Shown: positions 44,386-53,450 of the stretch, one piece after another
Layout: every line of letters begins with the position of its first letter
Numbering within the stretch: the first letter of the stretch is position 1
Assembly (NCBI GenBank): GCA_944331955.1
Contig: CALVIY010000003.1
Coordinates: 4,412-68,411 of the forward strand
DNA from: an uncultured Bacilli bacterium
GTDB taxonomy: Bacteria; Bacillota_I; Bacilli_A; RF39; UBA660
Reading direction: 5' to 3'
Length of the DNA: 64,000 nucleotides
The notes under the pieces: model-generated
The model's input: the letters and a program-made list of their open reading frames with translations, nothing else
Told to the model about the DNA's origin: nothing
The model's database searches: none
Position numbers and translations under genes: made by a program

Positions 44386-45012
44386 GTGTGTAAAGTGGAA
44401 AAATTAACGGATAGACAGTATGATATATTACAAATTATTAAAAAATTAATTGCCAAAAACGGATACCCACCTACTGTAAGAGAAATAGGAGATGAGGCAA
44501 AACTATCAAGTCCTGCTACTATTCATTTTCATATCAAACAACTTGTAAAGAAAGGATATATTAAGAAAGGTGCTGGAACTAATAGAACTATTGAGGTATT
44601 AGTTGATAATGAATACCTTGATAATGACGATGAAGTAGTAAAAGTACCACTTCTTGGTAAAGTAACAGCAGGAACACCTATTGAAGCGATAGAACGTCCT
44701 GATGAAACATTCTCACTACCAACAGAACTTTTTGGAAATAAAAAAGAGATATTTACTTTAAAAGTTAGTGGTGAATCTATGATTAATGTAGGTATATATG
44801 ATGGAGATATATTAATAGTTGAAAGACAAAATACAGCGAAAAACGGTGACACCGTAGTTGCAATGAATAAAGAAAATGAAGCGACAGTTAAAACATTTTA
44901 TAAGGAAAATGGATATTTTAGATTACAACCAGAAAATGATACAATGGATCCAATAATATTAGATGAAGTAACAATACTAGGTAAAGTTGTAGGACTATAT
45001 AGAAGATTTTAA
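44386..45012 (+). CDS. lexA: LexA repressor
   Basis: LTDRQYDILQ winged HTH, cleavage region VTAGTPIEA, and SGESM...K protease residues. The start may be the GTG at 44395. Confidence 0.95.
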   Translation: MCKVEKLTDRQYDILQIIKKLIAKNGYPPTVREIGDEAKLSSPATIHFHIKQLVKKGYIKKGAGTNRTIEVLVDNEYLDNDDEVVKVPLLGKVTAGTPIEAIERPDETFSLPTELFGNKKEIFTLKVSGESMINVGIYDGDILIVERQNTAKNGDTVVAMNKENEATVKTFYKENGYFRLQPENDTMDPIILDEVTILGKVVGLYRRF

Positions 45013-45028
45013 AAACGAGACTAAAAAA

Positions 45029-46693
45029 TTAGTCTCGTTTTTTCATATAATATCTTTTTACTAAGTCATTATTTTTATCAATATATTTACCAAGAAAGTT
45101 TTGTTCATTTAAATGTGCTATTATTTCATCAAAATTATTCTCTAAATATCTAAAATCATCTTTATTAAAGTGTTGTAAATTTTCTTGTTCTAAAAATATA
45201 GCAAGATTTATATCATCAGCATAACGTCTTAGAGGAGCCCCTGCTCTTATATATAGATCATTATGTACTTCTTTTTTATATAAACCATCTTCATAATATA
45301 TACCATATTCTAAGTTTTCTGCAAGATAACAATTTATAAGTATAGATGGGAAAGCAATCATACTTCCAATCTTACCATCTTTTAAGTATTGAAAACTTGG
45401 CTTATTACTTGCTTTAGATACTAATTTAGTCAATTCTTGTAATAAAAACACAGACTCTTCTACTGGTGTTAGAGGTGCGTTCTTACACAAGATATTTAAT
45501 CCATCCTCTTTAAATAAATTATAATCAACAATCACTTTATTTCTACTAACTTTACACTCTTCTAATGTACCATCATCTTTAAAAATAAACTTAAAACATA
45601 TAGCATTTTTAGGCCTTTGTCCAATACTATTTTGTAACATACTTAAATAGTCATGTGAAAGAACTTCAGGTAACATGTCCAAGTTAATATTCTTTTTATT
45701 ATGTCTAAGATAAAATGAGGTTCCCTGTTTATAAGCATTTATACTTAGATCTTTATTTTTTCCTAAAAATGACGGTGTATCAGTGACATAGACATTAAAG
45801 AAATATAAATCGTTTTCTTTTCTAATAGAAAAAGCACTATCTAAATCAGGAGAAACAATTCCATCTAGGGTTATAATTGGAACTTTCTTTTCAAAAAATG
45901 CTAAATTATCATCATCATAGCAAAGGGGATCAATATATAATTTCCCTGTTTCTAAATTAATCTCATCATTAATTATTTTGCTAGTAGTATTATATATAGG
46001 ATCAGATTTTATAATGTCTTCTATAGTATCTAATATATTTACTATTTCTTCATCATTTAATTTATCGGAATATTTTTTCAATACTACAATAATATCTTTA
46101 ACTGAATTAGGATTTAATGAAATTAGAGTTAATATATTTAATAGTTCTCTAAATTTATTTAATAAATCACTAGTCATTTTTATATTTTTTCTTGTTTTAA
46201 TGTTTTTTGTTATTTTTTTTACTCTTTTCTCTCCTAAACTGTCAAACCACTTATCATCATCAATAAAATCTTTAATAGCATTTATAGTTTTAGTACTATA
46301 AGAAAAAAGATTAATATTTTTTTCAATAATATTTCTAAATATTAAATTATATTCTTTATCTTTAGGTGAGGTTAATGCTAATAACATATCTTCTTCTAAA
46401 ATACATGTTTCACTATAAAATAAAATTTCAATTAACTTGTAATACTCTTCACTACTATTTTCTTTTAATAAAATAAATTCTATATTTATCTTTATGTTAT
46501 TAACTATTTTTGTCCAATTAATGTTTTGTTTATTTTTCTCAAGCATTTTATTAACTTTGTCAAAATAATAAATTTCAATATCAAAAAATTTACGACCTTC
46601 ATTTATTCTATCTTCGATATAAGAATTAATTAAAGACAAATTTGCCAAAAAATATGGTACATCTGCAAATTTATCTAGTTTAATACGCCTCAT
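45029..46693 (-). CDS. RNB-domain (RNase II/R-like) protein with degenerate catalytic motif
   Basis: PDLDSAFSI aligns to the D-x-DDA motif with the last Asp replaced by Ser. APLRRYADDIN aligns to SPIRRYxDL. The start at 46693 follows GGGAGAG. Confidence 0.6.
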   Translation of the reverse strand: MRRIKLDKFADVPYFLANLSLINSYIEDRINEGRKFFDIEIYYFDKVNKMLEKNKQNINWTKIVNNIKINIEFILLKENSSEEYYKLIEILFYSETCILEEDMLLALTSPKDKEYNLIFRNIIEKNINLFSYSTKTINAIKDFIDDDKWFDSLGEKRVKKITKNIKTRKNIKMTSDLLNKFRELLNILTLISLNPNSVKDIIVVLKKYSDKLNDEEIVNILDTIEDIIKSDPIYNTTSKIINDEINLETGKLYIDPLCYDDDNLAFFEKKVPIITLDGIVSPDLDSAFSIRKENDLYFFNVYVTDTPSFLGKNKDLSINAYKQGTSFYLRHNKKNINLDMLPEVLSHDYLSMLQNSIGQRPKNAICFKFIFKDDGTLEECKVSRNKVIVDYNLFKEDGLNILCKNAPLTPVEESVFLLQELTKLVSKASNKPSFQYLKDGKIGSMIAFPSILINCYLAENLEYGIYYEDGLYKKEVHNDLYIRAGAPLRRYADDINLAIFLEQENLQHFNKDDFRYLENNFDEIIAHLNEQNFLGKYIDKNNDLVKRYYMKKRD

Positions 46694-46708
46694 CTGTGTC
46701 TCTCCCAT

Positions 46709-47386
46709 CTATTGTATTATCTGTCTAATTATATAACTTGCAATTAATAGCCCTGCACTACTTGGTACAAAAGCATTAGAACCTATAACAGTTTTATCTT
46801 TAACCTCGCTAGGTAGTTCTAATGAAGTACAAACAGTTATCTTCTTTTGTATCTTTTTATCAAACTTTCTTCTCATAATTCTTGCAAGAGGATCATTATA
46901 AGTCTTATCAAGTGTTGTTATAGTTAATTTACTAGGATCTAATCTATTACCAGTACCCATTGAACTAATAAAATTTATTTTATTTTCTAAACAGTAATTA
47001 ACTATACTCACCTTTGCCCCTAAATCATCAACGGCATCAACTACAAAATCTATTTTAGTATTAAAAATATCTTTAATATTATCATTATCTATTTTTAAAT
47101 TATAAGTAACAACATTACAATATTCATTAATTTTTTCTGTTCTTTCTTTAAAACAATCAACTTTATATTTACCTACATTATCATCAAGAGCGATTATCTG
47201 TCTATTAAAATTAGTAATATCTACTTTATCAAAGTCTACTAATATCAAATTACCAACACCACTTCTTGCAAGTGCTTCAACAACATAACCTCCTACTCCT
47301 CCAAGACCAATAACTAGCACAGTAGAATCTTTCATTTTTTCTAAAGAAAAAGAACCAATTAAGTTCTCTAATCTATTAAACTTCAT
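46709..47386 (-). CDS. tcdA: tRNA threonylcarbamoyladenosine dehydratase (ThiF/E1-like)
   Basis: VIGLGGVGGYVVEALARSGVGNLILVDFD Rossmann motif. ~225 aa TcdA/CsdL layout. Confidence 0.8.
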   Translation of the reverse strand: MKFNRLENLIGSFSLEKMKDSTVLVIGLGGVGGYVVEALARSGVGNLILVDFDKVDITNFNRQIIALDDNVGKYKVDCFKERTEKINEYCNVVTYNLKIDNDNIKDIFNTKIDFVVDAVDDLGAKVSIVNYCLENKINFISSMGTGNRLDPSKLTITTLDKTYNDPLARIMRRKFDKKIQKKITVCTSLELPSEVKDKTVIGSNAFVPSSAGLLIASYIIRQIIQ

Positions 47387-47388
47387 AA

Positions 47389-48213
47389 TTAAGCTACCTT
47401 TTTATTAGAATTAATTTTGCGAATAAGAATTTTTTGTTGTTCTTCTGAAAGTGTAGGCCAATCTAAATTCTTACCATATACTAAATTATTTAAAGCTGCT
47501 AAATTCATATAACTTTCATAATTATTTATAGCCATATCTTTATAACTATCTAGAAAATTATTAATCTTTTTAGTATCTTTAAAGAATTTATTCACAGTAT
47601 CAAATTCATTAGTTAAAATAACATCGCTTATTTCACTAATCTCATAATCTAGTTCATTAAAGAAATCTAATACTTCTAATTGTTTTTCATATCCTTGATT
47701 TATTAAACTATTTCTAACATAAATAGAATTAGGATTATTAGTTTTAATACCTGTTAGTTTATTATAAAAATCTCCATTAAATAGTTCATCAAACCCTAAG
47801 TTAGCAAGTGATAAATTTACTTTTTTAATATTATCTGGATTACTATATCTAATACTATTAACTAAAAGTCCATATATATAGTCATTAACTGGATTAGGCT
47901 TATAACTAGGCACTGGAACAATATAAGTATCATAGAAATCTCTATCTTTATATTTTTTAGTATTAATTTCTATATAACTAGGACCATTATTAGTATAATT
48001 AGTATTTCTTCTAATAAAATCTGTAACATCTCTAGGATTATTAATAGTTTTATTATCTTCATAAGCTTTTATATGTGTTTTACCAACAACTACATCACAA
48101 TCTCTTATATCCTTTGCACCAGAATCTAATCTATCTTTTTTTACCTCTAAATTTTTAAAATTAATAGTAACTTTTAATATTACATCATTTATCATTAATG
48201 GTAAGCTTATCAT
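47389..48213 (-). CDS. hypothetical protein (274 aa), first gene of the tcdA/RNB operon
   Basis: TTGTCA-17-TGaTATAAT promoter upstream on the minus strand. No motif recognised. Confidence 0.55.
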   Translation of the reverse strand: MISLPLMINDVILKVTINFKNLEVKKDRLDSGAKDIRDCDVVVGKTHIKAYEDNKTINNPRDVTDFIRRNTNYTNNGPSYIEINTKKYKDRDFYDTYIVPVPSYKPNPVNDYIYGLLVNSIRYSNPDNIKKVNLSLANLGFDELFNGDFYNKLTGIKTNNPNSIYVRNSLINQGYEKQLEVLDFFNELDYEISEISDVILTNEFDTVNKFFKDTKKINNFLDSYKDMAINNYESYMNLAALNNLVYGKNLDWPTLSEEQQKILIRKINSNKKVA

Positions 48214-48322
48214 TAAATCACCGCCTTTTCCCGTAGGAAGAGTATTATATCATATAATTTTTTCATTGACAAGTATTGCATGTTTTATTTTTTTATGATA
48301 TTCTTTATTAGTAACTTGTTAT

Positions 48323-48399
48323 GGCCTGTTGGTGAAGTGGTTTAACACGCGCGCCTCTCAAGCTCGTATTCACGGGTTCGAACCCCGTACAGGCTACCA
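48323..48399 (+). tRNA. tRNA-Glu (anticodon CUC)
   Basis: Cloverleaf very similar to Bacillus tRNA-Glu (GGCC.GTTGGT.AAG.GGTT...ACGGGTTCGAA.CCCGTAC.GG..ACCA). Anticodon loop CTCTCAA. One C-U mismatch in the anticodon stem and a G1-U72 pair. Terminator at 48411-48440. Confidence 0.75.
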
Positions 48400-48490
48400 A
48401 TATTGAAATTAAAACAACCATTGTAGGTTGTTTTTTCTTATCTTAAAGATTTATAAAGAATTTGGTTGAGCACAGGTTTACCACAAAGCA

Positions 48491-48994
48491 CTACCTCACT
48501 TTAACCTTCTTCTTTACTTGTTCAATATTCTCATGCTTATTAAGCCTTTGTTGATATATTTCTATTTTCTCTATATATTTTCTTTGCCTATCAGCATATG
48601 TTTCAATAGGTTCTGTTGGTAATATGAAATTAACATTACCAAATACTTTCTCTTTTATTTTCTCATCTCTTACTTTAATAGCCTCTTCATAATCTAAAGT
48701 AACAAAATCAACTTTTAAAGAGTTAACGCACTCATTATCAAAGTTAATTTGTGGTTCATCAGCTTTAGAAATACTAAAAAGATTATTACATACGGTAGCA
48801 ACATCTCTTGGAAACACTACTTCATATGTCTTTTTACTTTCACCATCACTATTATAATTAATAGACTCACTTACTAAATAACATGGAGAAACCAAATAAC
48901 CACTTATTTCATTAAAACTAACACCACGATACCACGCTTTTTCTTTCATCTCTAATAAAGCATAAACTTTAGGATATTTTAATTCATCTACCAT
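48491..48994 (-). CDS. hypothetical protein (167 aa)
   Basis: ORF with an SD-like GGAAGGAA upstream. No motif recognised. Confidence 0.5.
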   Translation of the reverse strand: MVDELKYPKVYALLEMKEKAWYRGVSFNEISGYLVSPCYLVSESINYNSDGESKKTYEVVFPRDVATVCNNLFSISKADEPQINFDNECVNSLKVDFVTLDYEEAIKVRDEKIKEKVFGNVNFILPTEPIETYADRQRKYIEKIEIYQQRLNKHENIEQVKKKVKVR

Positions 48995-49045
48995 ATTCCT
49001 TCCTTCTTTCTTATTTACTAATATAACACAAATTAATGAAATAAT

Positions 49046-50353
49046 CTATGCAAGTGTTCCTAAAGGATCCCATGGTTTTAACTCTATTGGTTCAAGTTTC
49101 AACTCTTCTAACTGTTCTTGAGACAAATATTTCTTATTAATAACAACTTGATATGCATATTTATCAAACCAAGTATCACTAGCGACAAAATAACCTTTAT
49201 TTCCTACTTTATCACCAAAACTATTTTCTATTTTCCATTTAGTGGTTCTATCACCATCTAAATTAACCCCTGTAATAACTACTGTATGATTAATAGTACT
49301 CTCATAATTATCTAATACTTCTTCTTTAGTCATAAAAAAGTCTGTTTTAAAAGTATCATAATAATTAAAACTCATATCATCAAACACTCCATCAACTTCA
49401 TCCATCGCTTTCTCAATATCACACCCAAGAAAAACTACTTCTTTCGCTTGTAACTGTTTAATAACTAGCTTTTTTAAATCATCAATAGAAAGATTTAAAT
49501 ATAAAACTTTATTTCCTTCTATAACATTACCTAAATATTTAACAGTATAAGTCTTATTAAGTGGTTTATCTTTTGTTGGGGCATTTATAATACATACATA
49601 ATCATTAACATCTATATCAGTATATTCTAAATAAAATTGTAAAGGAGTTATATCTTTAATAATATGATATTTTTTATCTTTATCAGTATATTCAAAATCA
49701 AACTGTTTAGGAGGTAGTCCATAACAACTAGCAAGTATTCTATAAATTTCATCTAAATATAAACTCTTTAAAAATTGTAAATTATCTTTATTAGATAAAA
49801 TTTTCGCATTAAATTGTCTTAATTTCCTATTAAGAAGATGATTAACCTCACTAGGATTATAACTCTGATAAGTATCACTCATTACAGTTTTAGGAACTAT
49901 ACCATATTTATTTATAATATTAACAAAAAGATCCCATTGTCCACCATCTTGTACTCCTTTTGTTAAAAGATGATATCTTTCTCTATCATCTATATCTATA
50001 TCTTTAAGTTGAACTAAACACTCCATAATATAATTACATTTCTCTAATTTATCATAAAAAGATATAAAACTCTGTGAAAGTTCAAAGTCTTCTAAATTAT
50101 ATTTTTTACAAATTGATTCCCTTAATACATTACATCCTGCATATATAAAAGAATTACCAGAATTTTTTTGATCAACTACTCTTAAAGTATCAAGATTAAG
50201 AGAAAAATTAAATAAAAGTTTCCCCTCTTTTTCTTTATTTCTCATAATATTCCTAATTTTATTATTAACAAGAGCACATCTTACAGTTTTATTTTCTATA
50301 CCTTGTATATAGTTATTATTAATTTCTTCAAGTATTTCTTTTTTTATTTCCAT
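49046..50353 (-). CDS. pepC: aminopeptidase C / bleomycin-hydrolase-like (C1B) protein with Ser in place of the catalytic Cys
   Basis: QKNSGNSFIYAG aligns to QxxSGRCWxFA. The His block (HTVVITG), ENSFG and the C-terminal WDPLGTLA are conserved. Confidence 0.75.
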   Translation of the reverse strand: MEIKKEILEEINNNYIQGIENKTVRCALVNNKIRNIMRNKEKEGKLLFNFSLNLDTLRVVDQKNSGNSFIYAGCNVLRESICKKYNLEDFELSQSFISFYDKLEKCNYIMECLVQLKDIDIDDRERYHLLTKGVQDGGQWDLFVNIINKYGIVPKTVMSDTYQSYNPSEVNHLLNRKLRQFNAKILSNKDNLQFLKSLYLDEIYRILASCYGLPPKQFDFEYTDKDKKYHIIKDITPLQFYLEYTDIDVNDYVCIINAPTKDKPLNKTYTVKYLGNVIEGNKVLYLNLSIDDLKKLVIKQLQAKEVVFLGCDIEKAMDEVDGVFDDMSFNYYDTFKTDFFMTKEEVLDNYESTINHTVVITGVNLDGDRTTKWKIENSFGDKVGNKGYFVASDTWFDKYAYQVVINKKYLSQEQLEELKLEPIELKPWDPLGTLA

Positions 50354-50448
50354 ATCATCACCATCCTTTAATAGTATATCTATTATAAAGATTTTAATAC
50401 TGCTTTTAACCTGACAAATTTAATGATAAAATGATTATAGGTGATATA

Positions 50449-51009
50449 ATGAAGATAGTTAATTTAGATAAACAAATTGATAAAGAAAAGCTAGTACCTA
50501 ATTTTAAAGGTAGTCATAATATATATAATTTTAAAATTGATAACGATATATATTACTTTAAAGAAGTACCTAATAGAGAACTAGTAATGGAAATGATTTC
50601 TAAGTCTATCGCTTTTCTCTTAGGAATACCTTATCTTAAAGAATCAATTGCCATATTAAATGATAAATATGGTCTACTTAGTAAAAGTTATTTAAAAGAA
50701 AATGATAAGAGTTATAACTTACATAACTTAATGCAAAACTATTTTTATGAATATAATGATGAACTACTTGATTACAAGAAACTAGCTAGTTTAAATAATT
50801 TAGAAGATACATGGTTTGCCCTAGAAGATAGATATGAAGATGAAGATATAGTTAAAAGTCTAATGGATGATATTACTAATATATTTATGTTTGATTTATT
50901 AATAGGAGAATCTGATAGAACATTAAGAAATGATGAAATAATTACTAAATTTAATAAGAGAATAAATATGTTTAAAGAATATGAAAAAAGAACTAGTATT
51001 TCTAAATAA
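50449..51009 (+). CDS. hypothetical protein, possibly a truncated/degenerate HipA-like kinase fragment
   Basis: FDLLIGESDRTLRN loosely resembles the HipA D-x-H-x-x-N loop (His replaced by Thr). The ORF ends soon after this segment. Weak call. Confidence 0.35.
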   Translation: MKIVNLDKQIDKEKLVPNFKGSHNIYNFKIDNDIYYFKEVPNRELVMEMISKSIAFLLGIPYLKESIAILNDKYGLLSKSYLKENDKSYNLHNLMQNYFYEYNDELLDYKKLASLNNLEDTWFALEDRYEDEDIVKSLMDDITNIFMFDLLIGESDRTLRNDEIITKFNKRINMFKEYEKRTSISK

Positions 51010-51018
51010 ACTAGTTCT

Positions 51019-52650
51019 TTAATTTTTATAAAACTCTACTCTATTTTTAAATTCATCTATACCAATAATTCTTAATAATTGATATAAATTAGGAGTTTTA
51101 ACTCTACCAGTAAGTAAATGTCTAATCATCTCACAAACATCTCCTATATGTCCTTTATATAAAGTTGGATCTTCTTTATACATCTTAACACTAGGAGCAT
51201 ATCCCATCTCTTCTGCTAAAATTTTAATCCCGTTATACCATTCATCTTCACTATCAAAGTCCCTGTATATCTCTATATATTTATTAATAACATCATAATC
51301 TATTTTCTCATCTATATCTTTATAAGTTTCATTTCTATCTTTATAGAATAAATCGTTAAATATATAGGCACTTTCAGTTTTAATATCTTTATATGTTGCA
51401 ATATCCTTTCTTGGTCTTTTACTATCACGTTCTATATTTAAGAAAGAAATTAATTTATCTTTATCTTTTACCATTAAATCATAAAACTCTTTATCATACT
51501 TTTTATAATACTCTAAAGCATCATTATAAATAGTTTCGGCACTAATTCTTGAAAAATAAGTTCTACAGATATTATTTAACTTCTCCATATCAAATAAAGT
51601 TCCACCTGTAGGCATCTTCTTAAATGAGAATTTAAAGTCTTCTATAGATTTATCTTTATTTTGTAAATACCACTCTTCAAAGTTAGTGTTAGCAAGTGTT
51701 GCAAGATAAAGTCTAACACCTTCTTTAGGTATACCTGCTTCTTCATAATAACTAACAGCAAATTCTGGATCTTTTCTCTTACTAAACTTACGAATTTTAC
51801 CGTCTTCTTTTTTAGTAAGTGGTGCAATATGTGCATATTTACATGGTTTAAATCCTAAAACTTGATTAAGTTGTAAATGTTTAGGAAAACTAGGAACCCA
51901 TTCATCTCCTCTTAATACATGAGTTGTATGCATTAAATGATCATCTATAACATGAGCGAAGTGATATGTTGGTATACCATCTTTTTTTAGTATTACTTCA
52001 TCTATATCATTTTCAGGTAAACTAATATCACCCTTAATTAAATCATGTAATATTATCTCATTATGAGAATCTCCTGGTGATTTTAAACGAATAACATAAC
52101 TATCACCATTATCTAAATGAGCTTTAACTTCATCAAGTGATAAATCCCTATCAACAGCATAACTTCCATAAATACCAATTTTTTCTTTTCTTAGTTCTTG
52201 TCCACTTCTAATATCAGCAATCTCTTCTTCACTCATAAAACATGGATATGCCTTACCTTCACTGACTAACTTTTTAGCATAAGCTTGATATATCTCTACT
52301 CTTTCACTTTGTAAATAAGGACCATATTGTCCATCTTTACCATATCCTTCATCATAATCTATATCAAAGGCTTTAAGACCATTAAGAATAGCATCTAAGG
52401 CACCTTCTTTTTCTCTTTTACTATCAGTATCTTCAACTCTAAGATAAAAAATACCTCCAGTTTGTTTTGCAAGCATTGAACTAATAAAAGCTCCATATAA
52501 ATTACCTACATGCATAAAACCTGTAGGAGAAGGTCCAAACCTTGTAACGTAAGCTCCATCAACTAAATCTCTAAGAGGATACTTTGCTTCTATCTCATCA
52601 ACAGTTATCTTGATATTAGGAAATAATAAATCTGCAAGTTCTTTATACAT
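51019..52650 (-). CDS. gltX: glutamate--tRNA ligase
   Basis: PSPTGFMHVGN (HIGH) and KFSKR (KMSKS) motifs. The start at 52650 lies 8 nt after GGAG. The ORF-track extension to 52788 runs through a tRNA gene. Confidence 0.92.
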   Translation of the reverse strand: MYKELADLLFPNIKITVDEIEAKYPLRDLVDGAYVTRFGPSPTGFMHVGNLYGAFISSMLAKQTGGIFYLRVEDTDSKREKEGALDAILNGLKAFDIDYDEGYGKDGQYGPYLQSERVEIYQAYAKKLVSEGKAYPCFMSEEEIADIRSGQELRKEKIGIYGSYAVDRDLSLDEVKAHLDNGDSYVIRLKSPGDSHNEIILHDLIKGDISLPENDIDEVILKKDGIPTYHFAHVIDDHLMHTTHVLRGDEWVPSFPKHLQLNQVLGFKPCKYAHIAPLTKKEDGKIRKFSKRKDPEFAVSYYEEAGIPKEGVRLYLATLANTNFEEWYLQNKDKSIEDFKFSFKKMPTGGTLFDMEKLNNICRTYFSRISAETIYNDALEYYKKYDKEFYDLMVKDKDKLISFLNIERDSKRPRKDIATYKDIKTESAYIFNDLFYKDRNETYKDIDEKIDYDVINKYIEIYRDFDSEDEWYNGIKILAEEMGYAPSVKMYKEDPTLYKGHIGDVCEMIRHLLTGRVKTPNLYQLLRIIGIDEFKNRVEFYKN

Positions 52651-52688
52651 AGTCATCACTCCATCTATTAAAAAATAATTATCTAATT

Positions 52689-52763
52689 TGGTTGCCCCAG
52701 TTAGATTCGAACTAACGCGTAATGCGGTCAGAGCGCACTGCCTTACCACTTGGCTATGGGGCA
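52689..52763 (-). tRNA. tRNA-Gln (anticodon CUG)
   Basis: U1-A72 acceptor TGCCCCA/TGGGGCA, anticodon loop CTCTGAC, T-arm GTTAG-TTCGAAT-CTAAC, CCA encoded. TTGTAA-17-TGaTAGAAT promoter at 52807-52779. Confidence 0.85.
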
Positions 52764-52843
52764 ATAAATAACAATTAAATTCTATCACAAAAAGGCCTAC
52801 TTTACAACTTGAAAAAAAGATATTTTTATGATAATATGAATAT

Positions 52844-52963
52844 GTAAGGAAAACTTACATATAAATAAAAATGAGGAATACTTAGTTTTGCAGATGGGTA
52901 TTAGCCTCAAATATTTATTCGAGTAAACACCCTATTTACAAAGTTGTAATAGGGTGTTTTTCT
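52844..52963 (+). ncRNA. sRNA2, paralogue of the 40.5-kb antisense RNA
   Basis: TTGAAA (52809-14), 17-nt spacer, TGaTAATAT (-10 at 52832-37). The promoter, the 5' hairpin ATGTAAGgaaaaCTTACAT and the body align with sRNA1. 12-bp-stem terminator at 52925-52963. Confidence 0.6.
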
Positions 52964-53110
52964 ATCTATAAATAATCAACAATATGATAATAATTAATAA
53001 TATAACTATTAAGAAGTCTTTCTTACAAGATAGACCTTTCCCCTTTCTACCCCCTGAAATCAAGTCAGATAGAAAGAGGCAAAGGCACTGTTTTTACTAA
53101 GTATTTCAAC
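52964..53110 (-). pseudogene. decayed homologue of the type I toxin mRNA
   Basis: The minus strand reads ...AGAAAGGGGAAAGGTCTATCTTGTAAGAAAGACTTCTTAAT..., which aligns with AGAAAGGAGGCTAATATATGAACAAGAAAGATTGCTTAAT of locus 1. The ATG is replaced by TTG followed directly by TAA. The 5' arm (GAAATACTTAGT...GCCTC) is retained. Confidence 0.5.
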
Positions 53111-53196
53111 AATACAATATCATAAACATATCTATAAAACAAGCGAACAAAAGCAGTTTTATAGATTTTTTATTAAAATAAAAATCAATGCAAAAA

Positions 53197-53406
53197 CTAC
53201 ATATATTTTTGCATTGATTTCATCATTTGATTAATTTGTTTTTGATTAGGTTTTCTACCCATCTGCATCATTAAAGCTTTAATCATTTCTTCATTAATAG
53301 GTGGATTCTTCTTCATATATCTTTTAGTAACATATCTTGCTATAAAAAATCCAATAATCGCTCCTATTACTAAACCTATTAAAATCATTAATATATCGTG
53401 TAACAT
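53197..53406 (-). CDS. yneF: UPF0154 (YneF) small membrane protein
   Basis: N-terminal TM segment followed by a [28 protein letters not shown]-type tail. tkt-sirA-yneF synteny. 15-bp-stem terminator overlaps the stop codon. Confidence 0.75.
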   Translation of the reverse strand: MLHDILMILIGLVIGAIIGFFIARYVTKRYMKKNPPINEEMIKALMMQMGRKPNQKQINQMMKSMQKYM

Positions 53407-53450
53407 AATAACACTCTCCTTACAACAATATATTACCTTAAATTAGAAAA

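Noticed and set aside
44529-44852. 107-aa ORF antisense to lexA. The same class includes 10819..11040, 12669..12851, 35611..35796, 37008..37223, 39609..39818, 45978..46301, 51642..51836, 54294..54491, 58181..58513, 60299..60547, 60663..60854, 61354..61611, 62010..62201 and 63235..63501.
   Set aside because: These are shadow ORFs fully embedded opposite well-supported genes. They have low-complexity Ser/Ile/Phe/Leu-rich translations typical of the antisense frame in AT-rich DNA, and no SD sequences.
52651-52788. N-terminal extension of the gltX ORF given in the ORF track (start 52788).
   Set aside because: The extension translates straight through a canonical tRNA-Gln gene. A properly spaced GGAG precedes the ATG at 52650, which gives a normal GluRS N-terminus.
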